A stretch of 64,000 bases of DNA from a virus. A program made the position numbers and the translations under genes. The notes below the pieces were generated by a model. It was not told the origin of the DNA. It saw nothing but the letters and a program-made list of their open reading frames with translations, and made no database searches. Shown here piece after piece: positions 1-9,079 of this stretch. Within the stretch, counting starts at the first letter, position 1; each line of letters opens with the position of its first letter. The stretch covers positions 32,523-96,522 of IMG/VR virus record IMGVR_UViG_3300030012_003086; one strand, given 5' to 3'.

Positions 1-2
1 GA

Positions 3-209
3 CTTACCACCGCAGAGATTTATACTAGATTATTAGATTTAGGATATAGAAATATCCCTACACGTCGCCAAGTATCTTCATTACTATATCATCATCCATT
101 TTTTGAAATTATGAAGACCGGTGAAGGCAGTTATAGAAATAAAAGAATTAAATATTGGAGGAATAAAAATGCTATGGACAGAGAAATACAGGCCGAAGAC
201 TCTGAATGA
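3..209 (+). CDS. partial (5'-truncated) winged-HTH-like protein
   Basis: Frame 3 is open from the window edge to TGA at 207-209: LTTAEIYTRLLDLGYRNIPTRRQVSSLL...; resembles the C-terminal domain of 59450..60034. Confidence 0.55.
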   Translation, partial: LTTAEIYTRLLDLGYRNIPTRRQVSSLLYHHPFFEIMKTGEGSYRNKRIKYWRNKNAMDREIQAEDSE

Positions 210-1077
210 AATTGTAGGTCAAGAACATTTTACAATGGATGCAGAAACATGGATTGAAGAAAGAAATATGCCAAATCTTTTGATTTACGGTAAGCCCGGT
301 AATGGTAAAACTACTGCCGGTATTGCATTTTCAAGAACAATGTTAGCAGAAGAATTTGATGATAACTTCTTTGAAATAAACGCATCTGATGATAGAAGAC
401 TAGAAACCGTTAGAACAATAATTAAACAAATTGCACAAAGTGGGACAATAGGTAATTCACCATTTAGAATTGTTCTACTTGACGAAATGGATGGTATGAC
501 TAGCGACGCTCAAAATGCATTAAAAAGAATTATGGAAAGATATTCTAATAATATTAGATTTATTATTACCTGTAATGATAAAAATAAAATTATCTTTGCT
601 TTACAGAGTAGATGTGCTAACTATCATTTTAAGCCATTATCTAATCAATTGATGATGGAGGTCATCAAATCAATACTCGTTAAGGAGAAAATCACTCGCT
701 TTGGAGACAGTGAGTTGTCTTCTTTTATATATGCGATGAATGGTGATATGAGGCGAGCAGTTACAGAATTGCAGGCAGCAAAATCAAGCAACAAAGGCCT
801 CGCAGTGCAATTGAAAACTTCACTAGATGAATACAATAAAATATTAAATAAGTTACAGAATAAAAATAAAAATATACTCGGTGAATTACATGAATTACTT
901 TATCAAGGCAGAACAGTCAGAGAAATCTGTGTTGGCCTTCATGATGCAATTGTATCCTCAGAAATGGATAGCATTGCTAAATTTAAGTATCTAAGAACGA
1001 TAGGTGAAAGTGAATGGCGTTCCAATACAATGACTCCCAAAGTGCTATTATCATGGATGGTGGGACAATTACTTTAG
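169..1077 (+). CDS. rfcS: Replication factor C (clamp loader) small subunit
   Basis: WTEKYRP, Walker A GKPGNGKTT, EINASD, Walker B LLDEMD, SRC motif; ATG at 169 follows GGAGG. Confidence 0.95.
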   Translation: MLWTEKYRPKTLNEIVGQEHFTMDAETWIEERNMPNLLIYGKPGNGKTTAGIAFSRTMLAEEFDDNFFEINASDDRRLETVRTIIKQIAQSGTIGNSPFRIVLLDEMDGMTSDAQNALKRIMERYSNNIRFIITCNDKNKIIFALQSRCANYHFKPLSNQLMMEVIKSILVKEKITRFGDSELSSFIYAMNGDMRRAVTELQAAKSSNKGLAVQLKTSLDEYNKILNKLQNKNKNILGELHELLYQGRTVREICVGLHDAIVSSEMDSIAKFKYLRTIGESEWRSNTMTPKVLLSWMVGQLL

Positions 1078-1107
1078 GAAAAACAATGAAAAAAGAGGCG
1101 AAAGAAT

Positions 1108-2316
1108 ATGAATGAAAACATAAAAGCAGAAATTGAAAAAAGCGCACAATACATTGGTATGAGCGTTGAAGAAGCGATAGCGAAGTTTGAGGAAATTTGT
1201 TCCGCAAACGGACTTGAAACCGGCAACCCTGCATCAATTGGTGTATGGAGAAACTATGTAGCAAATGCTAGAAGGCAAAACGACAGTGGCGAAAAGAAAG
1301 ATGACTCTCTTTTCAAGGCTGCTTTTGGATTCTTTGTTTCCCTAGATGCACCTAGAGATATGATGGCTTGGAACAGAAACAAGGCAAAAGAAGAATTTTT
1401 GCGTGATGAAGACAATGCACTTGAGAAGGGTATTGTTGCAGTAGCAACAGAAAATGCTCTAGGAAAGTTTGTTATTTCTCGTTATCACAAGAATGAGTAT
1501 CAAGAAGTTACTGTTAATACACTACCGGAAGGAGCAGAAATTATGGAAGATGGAAGAATTTACATTCCTCTAGATAATACTGCTACTTACATGAATGGTG
1601 GAACTAATGCTAACTACGGTAAACCTCTTCCTGCACAACAAATGAGAAGAAGTGGTGTATTCTTTGGTTCTGTAAATAACGGGGAAATGCGACCCTATTA
1701 TTTCTCATACAAGAATCAAGGTGGAGTTGATTTCGCTCCTAATACCTTTGAATGGGTTCATTTCCTTTGTGTAGAAGGTTCTAATGGCACAGACATTTAT
1801 GGCGCAACAGATTTGACTGTTGGTAGTCTTTCTCTAAATTCTGAGTTAGACCCTGAAAGTAATGTCTATCGCAACATGGATAACTTTAACTTTGAAGAAG
1901 CACTAAAGAATCACTTTGATGAACACATTATCATGTTGTTTGATATTGATAGAGAACATATACAAAGACAAGCACTTCCTTCTAAAGAGCGATATGTTAT
2001 TACTGAGGGAACAGTTTGTAATATGAACATGATGCCGACTAAGAATGGTAACAGAATCATTAACATTACAGACCTTAATACTGAAATGAATTATGAAGAT
2101 GATTCAGGAATGGTAACTTGTTGGGTTCCCGAACACTTAACTCTAGATTTCGGTATTGGTTCAACAGTATTTGTTGTCGGAAGAACAAGTCAAAGGACTA
2201 TTGATGGAGTAGTTGAACCTGCAACCATCAATACTTCCGGTATTTACTGCTTAATCAAACATGGTTCAGCAGTTGAAGTATCTCAACCAATTGAAGAAGA
2301 CTTTGATTGGTTTTGA
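1108..2316 (+). CDS. probable single-stranded DNA-binding protein (RPA-like OB fold)
   Basis: C-terminal OB-fold-like strand pattern (VITEGTV...IINITD...VTCW...VFVVGR), acidic/aromatic tail EEDFDWF, position in the replication module. Confidence 0.55.
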   Translation: MNENIKAEIEKSAQYIGMSVEEAIAKFEEICSANGLETGNPASIGVWRNYVANARRQNDSGEKKDDSLFKAAFGFFVSLDAPRDMMAWNRNKAKEEFLRDEDNALEKGIVAVATENALGKFVISRYHKNEYQEVTVNTLPEGAEIMEDGRIYIPLDNTATYMNGGTNANYGKPLPAQQMRRSGVFFGSVNNGEMRPYYFSYKNQGGVDFAPNTFEWVHFLCVEGSNGTDIYGATDLTVGSLSLNSELDPESNVYRNMDNFNFEEALKNHFDEHIIMLFDIDREHIQRQALPSKERYVITEGTVCNMNMMPTKNGNRIINITDLNTEMNYEDDSGMVTCWVPEHLTLDFGIGSTVFVVGRTSQRTIDGVVEPATINTSGIYCLIKHGSAVEVSQPIEEDFDWF

Positions 2317-2332
2317 AATCTAACTCCACGCT

Positions 2333-2400
2333 TGGGGCTTTTAGTGTAAGCATAAACTAATTGGAGAAATTGATGCTCAAATGGGTGCAAAGCCCTACCC
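2333..2400 (+). ncRNA. putative structured RNA / tRNA-like intergenic element
   Basis: GGGCTTT...AAAGCCC and AGCAT...ATGCT complementary pairs; GGG-TGCAAAG-CCC T-arm-like hairpin; lies in one of the few intergenic gaps. Confidence 0.3.
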
Positions 2401-2413
2401 TTGAGGGGATAAA

Positions 2414-2665
2414 ATGATATTACAAGAAAATAAATTTTTAATTAAAAAAGGAACATATATTGTAGACCTTGAAAAAGTTGATTTTATTACTTGGAGAAAT
2501 AATGAGAAAGAAGAAGGTAAATACCTAGTTAGACTTCACATTGGCTCTAAAGAAGCGACTTATATGTGTCAAACAATAGATGACGTAAAAGACCTAATAA
2601 GAAATTGGTCAATAGCAAATGGAAAAGGAACAAAAATAGATAATGAGGCGATTATATGGGCTTAA
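2414..2665 (+). CDS. hypothetical protein
   Basis: 83 aa ORF with GAGGGG RBS, overlapping the next gene. Confidence 0.75.
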   Translation: MILQENKFLIKKGTYIVDLEKVDFITWRNNEKEEGKYLVRLHIGSKEATYMCQTIDDVKDLIRNWSIANGKGTKIDNEAIIWA

Positions 2666-3477
2666 CAGACAATAAGAAAACAGAAGCAGTAGGAATAGAA
2701 ACAAGCAACAATGCTAGAGTGGCGGCTTTTAGAAATAAACTAAAAGAACAAACAGATACTAGGTTAAAGAGAAATAACCGTTTAGTATGTGGTATTTGGG
2801 GAGAGCCTAAAACAGTTAAGAGCGGGCTAGCATTAGATTTTCCATCTAAGAAAATTTATGTCTTAGATTGGGATGATGGTTGCGAACCAACATGGAGACA
2901 GAATCATGATTGCACAGACAGAATTACACTTTGGAATCCCGAAGTTAGGAATGCTAATGGTGAATTAGATATTCAAAAGTCTGAACAAAATTCAGAAGAT
3001 TTTGTTCTTTTTGTAAAGGAACAAATTAGTAATGGTGAAAATGTTCTCTTTGTATTCGATGGAGTGGATAAGTGGTTAGATTGCTGCACACTACATGTAA
3101 CAGGTTCTTCTAAGATTGGTAAACCACAAAAGATGAAATTTGAATGGGGTAAAAGAAATGCACCTTTCTATTCTCTTTTGATGATGTGTAAGAACTTAGA
3201 TTGTGACCAAGTGTATATTACTCATGCTAAAGCAGATTATGGGGCAACGGGAGAAGTAATTGGTTCTAAACCGAATTGGCATAATTGGGGAGATTACCTT
3301 CACCAAATCATCAATACTAAAAGAACCCTTAGAAAGGGTGATGTTATTTACAAATCAACATTAGAAAGTAGTAAATCTAATACTTCCTTAGTTGGAAAAA
3401 CATGGGAAACTTTAGAGGTCGGTAAAGGAACTGTAAAGTGGAATGGTATTTCTGAATTAAGAGAGGGATTAATTTGA
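2656..3477 (+). CDS. RecA-superfamily ATPase (AAA_24/Sak4/RadA-like recombinase)
   Basis: Walker A-like GEPKTVKS, YVLDWDDG, Walker B FVFDG, VYITH. Confidence 0.7.
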   Translation: MGLTDNKKTEAVGIETSNNARVAAFRNKLKEQTDTRLKRNNRLVCGIWGEPKTVKSGLALDFPSKKIYVLDWDDGCEPTWRQNHDCTDRITLWNPEVRNANGELDIQKSEQNSEDFVLFVKEQISNGENVLFVFDGVDKWLDCCTLHVTGSSKIGKPQKMKFEWGKRNAPFYSLLMMCKNLDCDQVYITHAKADYGATGEVIGSKPNWHNWGDYLHQIINTKRTLRKGDVIYKSTLESSKSNTSLVGKTWETLEVGKGTVKWNGISELREGLI

Positions 3478-4238
3478 TATTTACAATAGAAACAGATTTA
3501 CTAAAAGAAGCATTAACAAGTTTACAAGTAAAGGGTAAACATTTGACAAGCACAGGATTTACTAACTCTAGTCTAGGCCAGTATGTTTATTGTTTACTTG
3601 GAGATAATACTCTAACTATGTATAATGGAGATAATACCTTTATCGCTAGTATTGTGTTGGAAGTCGAAGGAGAGAAAGATGGCTCAGTAGTAATTGATAC
3701 TGACCTTCTTCTTCCTTATCTTCGTTCCTTTACAGGAAACATGAAGTTTGATTCCGGTGATTTTATTGTTATTTCTAATGGAAGCAGAAAGGCTTCTATT
3801 CCATTAGTAGTTAATCATCCGAATCAAGGTGCAATTGTTAGAATGATGAATATGATTAATCATGTGAGTTATCAACCTCAGCCCGAAGTATTGTTTAACT
3901 TTGGTCAAGGTAAATTTGAAGGTGCATTTACTTTACCGTTAAAATCATTTACAACTGCAATTAAGAATTGTGAGTTAGTGAAAAGCGGTGTCTATAAATT
4001 AGACTTTAATGAAGGTGTAACTAACCTTTCGACTAGACTAAATGTTCAGAATAAATATGAAGAACAGATAGAACCTATGTTTGTTTTAGGAGAGCCAGCC
4101 ACTATTGAGTTTAGTGGCCCTCTCTATTCCTTTTTCAAAGAAGGACAATTACTAAACTTCTATGTAAAGGATGACTTTCCTTTGCTAGTAGTTTCTGATG
4201 ATAGAATTTTAATAAAAGCACCATATGTTAATGGGTGA
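3474..4238 (+). CDS. pcn: PCNA-like sliding clamp
   Basis: 254 aa, two-domain clamp pattern, C-terminal FPLLV...ILIKAP; lies between RFC and PolB. Confidence 0.7.
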   Translation: MIFTIETDLLKEALTSLQVKGKHLTSTGFTNSSLGQYVYCLLGDNTLTMYNGDNTFIASIVLEVEGEKDGSVVIDTDLLLPYLRSFTGNMKFDSGDFIVISNGSRKASIPLVVNHPNQGAIVRMMNMINHVSYQPQPEVLFNFGQGKFEGAFTLPLKSFTTAIKNCELVKSGVYKLDFNEGVTNLSTRLNVQNKYEEQIEPMFVLGEPATIEFSGPLYSFFKEGQLLNFYVKDDFPLLVVSDDRILIKAPYVNG

Positions 4239-4244
4239 ATAAAT

Positions 4245-5897
4245 ATGATAATAAGCAAAACAGAAGATGGAAAAGGCATATACTTATCTTGGAGAGAGAA
4301 TGGAGTAAAGCAATCTAAAACAGTAAATTTTAGACCTTACTTTTACATTCTAGATTCAAGTGGAGAAATACCTAGTTACAAGCCTAGTAAATATCTTGAA
4401 AGAGATTTTGATTATGAAGAAGGTGATTGGGTTAATCTTGAAGGTAATAAACTAAAGAAAGTTTATGTTGATAATTCATTTGATGTTTACAAGGCTAAAG
4501 AATTATTTGCTACAACTTATGAAGCAGATGTTCCTTATCATTTTAGATATGCGGTTGATAATATACATGAAATGCCCGAATATAAAATGCGTAAATGGTA
4601 TTGGGATATGGAATGGCAACAAGGTGGAGAACATCATGATAAGATTACTACTATTGTAATGTATGATAATTATGATTTGGAATATAGCCAATGGGTGTGG
4701 TTTCCTAATATAACAGAAGAAACAAAATTAGATTCTGATGAAATTAATCTTCATGTATTTGATAATGAAAAGGATATGCTTGAACATTTCATTAATACAA
4801 TGATAGAGAAAGACCCGGATATGTTGATTGCATGGTTTGGTAACTTTGCTGATATACCTAAATTGCTTGAAAGGTGTTGTGCTTTAGGAATTGACCCTAA
4901 TAGAATGTCACCGACTTCATTCATTAAGGGTGTTAAAAAGAGCAAGGATGGCTTTACTTTTGCTTATAGTGAAAATGGCTTCTCTCCTATTGAGCAGCCT
5001 ATAGGGGGCCGCATAACCCTCAGTTTAGACCTTGCTTTTGAGAGACAATGGAACGATTCTCAAAGGGGAACGTTACCATCCTTGAGTCTCGATTATGTTG
5101 GTGAATTAGTCCTTAATAAAAAGAAATTAGTTTCTGAGAAGTTTTCAGATACAAATGAGTTTTATCGTAGGGCTTGGTTAGAAGATACACAAACATATCT
5201 TGATTATGCAATAAAAGATGTTGAGTTAATTGTTGAATTAGATGAAACTAATTATTGCAGTGAAGCAATTCTTTCATTACAAAGATTACTAAAAGCACCA
5301 TTTGATGCTTGTTTCTATGCTTCTCACATGGGTAGTATTTACTTTATGAGAAATGCGTGGTGGAAAGCACCAACAGGAAATAAAAATGTAAAGCGTGAAG
5401 ATTATCAAGGGGCTATGATTTATCATCCCGAAAGTGAAGGAACAAATGGTTTACATTTAGGAGTAGCGGCATTTGATTTCGCAGGACTATATCCTAGTAT
5501 GATTGTAGCAAGAAATATTTCTTGGGAAACTCTTTCTGAAATACCTACTGAATTTGGTGCAAATATCTTAACTCCTAGAGACTTCAGTGAAGTTACAGAA
5601 ACAGATATGGTGTATTTCAAAACTGATGAATTGGGTCTTTTACCAAAGGCTATCTTAGAATTAAAAGAGTTAAGAGACTATTACAAAAAGAGAATGAAAT
5701 CAGCAGAAGATAAATTAGAGTATGCGAAATGGCATAATAATCAAATGGCAGTTAAGAGATTATCAGCCTCCTTTTATGGCATTATTGCGTTTCAAGGGTT
5801 TGGTTGGGCTAATGTAAAACTAGCCGCTAGTATTACTGCTAGTGCTAGGGAAGCAATTAGATTAGCGGCTTTTGCAGCAAAGGAGTTGGAAGCATGA
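4245..5897 (+). CDS. polB: family B DNA polymerase, N-terminal subunit (3'-5' exonuclease, motifs A and B)
   Basis: Exo motifs WDME, WFGNFADIP, YAIKDVE; motif A FDFAGLYPSMI; motif B KRLSASFYG; stops before motif C. Confidence 0.93.
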   Translation: MIISKTEDGKGIYLSWRENGVKQSKTVNFRPYFYILDSSGEIPSYKPSKYLERDFDYEEGDWVNLEGNKLKKVYVDNSFDVYKAKELFATTYEADVPYHFRYAVDNIHEMPEYKMRKWYWDMEWQQGGEHHDKITTIVMYDNYDLEYSQWVWFPNITEETKLDSDEINLHVFDNEKDMLEHFINTMIEKDPDMLIAWFGNFADIPKLLERCCALGIDPNRMSPTSFIKGVKKSKDGFTFAYSENGFSPIEQPIGGRITLSLDLAFERQWNDSQRGTLPSLSLDYVGELVLNKKKLVSEKFSDTNEFYRRAWLEDTQTYLDYAIKDVELIVELDETNYCSEAILSLQRLLKAPFDACFYASHMGSIYFMRNAWWKAPTGNKNVKREDYQGAMIYHPESEGTNGLHLGVAAFDFAGLYPSMIVARNISWETLSEIPTEFGANILTPRDFSEVTETDMVYFKTDELGLLPKAILELKELRDYYKKRMKSAEDKLEYAKWHNNQMAVKRLSASFYGIIAFQGFGWANVKLAASITASAREAIRLAAFAAKELEA

Positions 5898-6040
5898 AAT
5901 GTCCTATGTGCGGTAAAAGAGATTCATTGAGAATAATTAAAAAGAAAGACCTAGAAGCCTATACTCATTTGCATTCTTGGCAGAATAAAGCGGGAGTATT
6001 AGGTTGTATTTCTTGTGACTATGTGGAGGTATTTCGATGA
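5894..6040 (+). CDS. small Zn-ribbon protein (48 aa)
   Basis: MKCPMCG...GCISCDY; ATGA overlaps with both neighbours; not in the ORF track. Confidence 0.65.
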   Translation: MKCPMCGKRDSLRIIKKKDLEAYTHLHSWQNKAGVLGCISCDYVEVFR

Positions 6041-6408
6041 ATCAACATAGCCAAAGAAGGATAAAGGAATTAATCTATGAATTAGAAGAACCCTTTACTG
6101 CCCAAAATGTAAAGACTGCTCTAATAGAAAAACACGGCACTGCCTATACTCCTAGTAATATTAGTTTAGGCCAATTCCTAAATAGAATATGCATACGGAT
6201 AGGAAAACATCGTGGGAGATTTTTATACAAGGTGAAGACAATGAAAAAGAAAATAGTAAAAGTTGAAGTAACATATGATACAGAAGAAACATGGGAAACT
6301 ACTTTACAGGAAGTAAAGGAGTTATTTCAAATGATGAATAACATAAAGCGTAATGCTATCATTATTGATATTCAAGGTGATAAAGATGATGATGGACAAG
6401 ACGAATGA
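6037..6408 (+). CDS. hypothetical protein; N-half wHTH-like, possible internal start at 6241
   Basis: GGAGGT RBS; a second GGTGA RBS precedes the in-frame ATG at 6241. Confidence 0.65.
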   Translation: MNQHSQRRIKELIYELEEPFTAQNVKTALIEKHGTAYTPSNISLGQFLNRICIRIGKHRGRFLYKVKTMKKKIVKVEVTYDTEETWETTLQEVKELFQMMNNIKRNAIIIDIQGDKDDDGQDE

Positions 6409-6517
6409 GTTATTAGAGGAATTGCTGGCTATGATAGCAAAATCAAATAAGATATTGATGATGGTAAATATCGTAAACATAGCAACCATTTTAACAATAG
6501 TGACGGTGATACTATGA
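6386..6517 (+). CDS. small membrane protein (~43 aa)
   Basis: MDKTNELLEELLAMIAKSNKILMMVNIVNIATILTIVTVIL; GGTGA RBS; TGA overlaps the next ATG. Confidence 0.6.
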   Translation: MMMDKTNELLEELLAMIAKSNKILMMVNIVNIATILTIVTVIL

Positions 6518-6765
6518 ATAGTTATGAAATAAAAAAACTGAATGAAGAAATAAAGAGATTAACAATGGAAAACGAAGCCCTAGTGGAAAGAATACAGGGT
6601 CTTGAAAAAAGACTAAGATTACTTGAATCTGAATCTGAAGAAAGAGTTCCAGTATATTCTGTGGCAAAGGCAGTCCATGAAATACAGAACGACCTTAAAA
6701 AATTGCATCCTGAATTGAATTTTAATAATTCTATTTATGCACCCGATAAGGTGGGCGGAGTATGA
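6514..6765 (+). CDS. coiled-coil hypothetical protein
   Basis: 83 aa heptad-rich ORF, coupled to both neighbours. Confidence 0.7.
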   Translation: MNSYEIKKLNEEIKRLTMENEALVERIQGLEKRLRLLESESEERVPVYSVAKAVHEIQNDLKKLHPELNFNNSIYAPDKVGGV

Positions 6766-7652
6766 AAGTAGTTTATGGGCACACTGATTCAATCTATGTT
6801 CAGATTGATTCTGTTAAAAAGGCCCAAACTGCTATCAAGAAAATAGAAGAAAATGTTAGAGAACATTTTCCTAATATTTTGGGATTAGATAACCATCCCG
6901 TAGTTTTAGAGTTTGAAAAATACTTTTCAGCATTGGGTGTAGGTTTAACTAAAAATCGTAACGCAGGATTAGTATCTTGGGAAGATGGTAATTGGTTAGA
7001 TGAACCTAAGTTTACTATGACGGGTTTTACTGCTAAAAGGGTCAGTGAAACAATATTAGCAAAAGAAGTGCAAACAACTGTATTAAAAATGTGGGTTGAA
7101 AATAAATCACAAGCAGAAATCAACAAGTATTTGCATGATACCTACGATTCTGTTATCAAAGGAGAAATTAAAATTGATACTATTATCAAAAGAAGTCGCC
7201 TTAGAAAAAACAGGTTCATGGTAAAATGCCCTACTTGTAAAAAGAAATATCACTTGAAAGAGTGTCTTAAATTAAAACACAAAGCATGTAAGAAATGCGC
7301 TACCGATTCTTCTAAGTTTATTACTCTAGAAGGAAAGAAACCTTCTATTGGTTCCGGTATTGCAGGTGTGCTTTATGGTTGGGAAAAACAAAATATGGAG
7401 TTTGATGACTCTTACCTCTTCCTAAAAGTGAAAGCGAATGATTACTATACTAATCCGCTAACTCATGAAAGAAGAGAAGTGGAATATGTTTCCGGTGTTA
7501 CATTAAAAGATTTTAAAAATGTAAAGCCCGATTGGAAACACTATGCTCAACAGGTAATTGATAAAGCAAAACCCATTTACAATTCTATGGGATGGGATTT
7601 GAGCAGCATTAAAACGGGCAAAATACAAATGAGTTTGGAGGAATGGTTTTGA
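6762..7652 (+). CDS. polB: family B DNA polymerase, C-terminal subunit (motif C, thumb, Zn finger)
   Basis: Starts MKVVYGHTDS (motif C variant), LEFEK, KNRNAG, PDWKHY..QV; CPTC/CKKC insert; PIP-box-like tail QMSLEEWF. Confidence 0.92.
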   Translation: MKVVYGHTDSIYVQIDSVKKAQTAIKKIEENVREHFPNILGLDNHPVVLEFEKYFSALGVGLTKNRNAGLVSWEDGNWLDEPKFTMTGFTAKRVSETILAKEVQTTVLKMWVENKSQAEINKYLHDTYDSVIKGEIKIDTIIKRSRLRKNRFMVKCPTCKKKYHLKECLKLKHKACKKCATDSSKFITLEGKKPSIGSGIAGVLYGWEKQNMEFDDSYLFLKVKANDYYTNPLTHERREVEYVSGVTLKDFKNVKPDWKHYAQQVIDKAKPIYNSMGWDLSSIKTGKIQMSLEEWF

Positions 7653-8578
7653 ATAAAGAAGAAAAATACGGTGCAAAGTTAGCATCAATGAGAGGATATA
7701 CATACAAATGGCTACCAGAAAATTATGATGACCCAACTAAGCCAATACTAAAGATTAGTAAATCATCTTTAGGTTCGTTTAATTGGTGTCCTAAGAAATA
7801 TGAATTTAGTTATATCGAGAGATTACCTCAAGACCAAACTGAAGCCATGAAAAAAGGAACGATTTTACATAACCATAGAGAAAATTTCTTTAATGAATTT
7901 GATATTAAGAAGGCAGCAGATATGAATAACTCAGAAATTATCGAATATTGTAATAGTTTAATGCCTGTTGATGAGTATTTTGATATTTCTTTGACAGTCG
8001 CTGCATTTGAAGCACAAAGATTCATAGAAGCAAAGAGTGAAGGAAAGATTGATGAATATTTACCTGCAATTAATGAAGAATTGTTTGATTGTGAGATAAT
8101 TATACCTGCTGGACCGTATAAGGGTGGTGCTTGGAATAATTATGAAGAATATTCCCTTAATAGAGACTATACTGTTCATCTTCAAGGTATTATTGATAGG
8201 GTTTTCATAGAAAATGGAGGCTTAATACCTTTTGAATATAAGACAGGTGCGTGGAAAGATTACAAAACAACTTCTATGAGACAAGAAATGGCATTTTATC
8301 AACTAATGATTGAAAATTCTTCAGAAGAAGTGCTTGAATTCTTGGGAATTGACAAAGATACTCCTGTTACTCATTGGGGATGGTATTACCCTGCTTCAAA
8401 TTATGTCTTTGTTGAAAAGGTGAAGCCTAGAAGTATGACTTCTGTTAAAAACAATATAGCAAAATTGCTTTATGCTTATGAACAGAAACAATTTAAACCT
8501 AAATTTTACTATAAGACCTGTTCACATTGTAGTTACTTTGGTATCTGTGATGCTGCTAATGCTAATACATGGGGTTGA
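7643..8578 (+). CDS. Cas4/RecB-like PD-(D/E)XK exonuclease with Fe-S cysteines
   Basis: SKSSL...WCP, GIIDRV, EYKTG, QEMAFY, CSHCSYFGIC. Confidence 0.85.
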   Translation: MVLNKEEKYGAKLASMRGYTYKWLPENYDDPTKPILKISKSSLGSFNWCPKKYEFSYIERLPQDQTEAMKKGTILHNHRENFFNEFDIKKAADMNNSEIIEYCNSLMPVDEYFDISLTVAAFEAQRFIEAKSEGKIDEYLPAINEELFDCEIIIPAGPYKGGAWNNYEEYSLNRDYTVHLQGIIDRVFIENGGLIPFEYKTGAWKDYKTTSMRQEMAFYQLMIENSSEEVLEFLGIDKDTPVTHWGWYYPASNYVFVEKVKPRSMTSVKNNIAKLLYAYEQKQFKPKFYYKTCSHCSYFGICDAANANTWG

Positions 8579-8582
8579 CTAA

Positions 8583-8711
8583 ATGAAATGTAAATTATGT
8601 AAAAAAGAAATTGAAGGATATGGTCACATGTTATCTAAAGGAGGATATTGTTGTGATGATTGTAATTATGATATAGTATTACCAGCAAGAATGAAGGGGG
8701 TTCACTATTGA
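8583..8711 (+). CDS. small Zn-finger protein (42 aa)
   Basis: MKCKLC...CCDDC; fills the gap and overlaps the next start. Confidence 0.6.
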   Translation: MKCKLCKKEIEGYGHMLSKGGYCCDDCNYDIVLPARMKGVHY

Positions 8712-9079
8712 AAGAATTAATTAAAAAGAAAGTTTTGGCTAAAAATTGGACATTTAATGAAATATCTGATTTAACTTCGACAATACAAATCCTTTCCGAA
8801 GAAGTATGGTCTGAAATGACTTTACTTGAAAGAATAGATTTAGTGAGAGATATTAGAATAAATGAAAACTTAGTAGGTATGGGATTTGAACAGGCTATTA
8901 AAGAAGTAGTGATAACTTATTTGAAAGGTGATATAGCAGAAGTAATTAAGAATATGCTAAGTAAAGCAACAATAAATTTTGGAGGGAATAATAATGAAAT
9001 ATCCGAGAGAAGTATGGGCGGGAAGTCACATAAAGAACGCACCTCAGATGAAGAGGAAAATAGCGTGGTCGAGGAATGA
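8708..9079 (+). CDS. hypothetical protein
   Basis: 123 aa ORF with TTG start and purine-rich RBS. Confidence 0.65.
   Translation: MKELIKKKVLAKNWTFNEISDLTSTIQILSEEVWSEMTLLERIDLVRDIRINENLVGMGFEQAIKEVVITYLKGDIAEVIKNMLSKATINFGGNNNEISERSMGGKSHKERTSDEEENSVVEE

Noticed and set aside
2333-2400. Functional tRNA gene
   Set aside because: No canonical D-loop GG, anticodon arm, TTC T-loop or matching acceptor stem; kept only as a possible structured element
5898-6761. Intein or self-splicing intron interrupting polB
   Set aside because: No Cys/Ser start or His-Asn end, no endonuclease; the gap is filled by ordinary coupled ORFs with RBSs
7643-8578. Cas4-like gene as evidence of a CRISPR-Cas system
   Set aside because: No repeat-spacer array or other cas genes; stand-alone Cas4-like nucleases are common in archaeal virus replication modules
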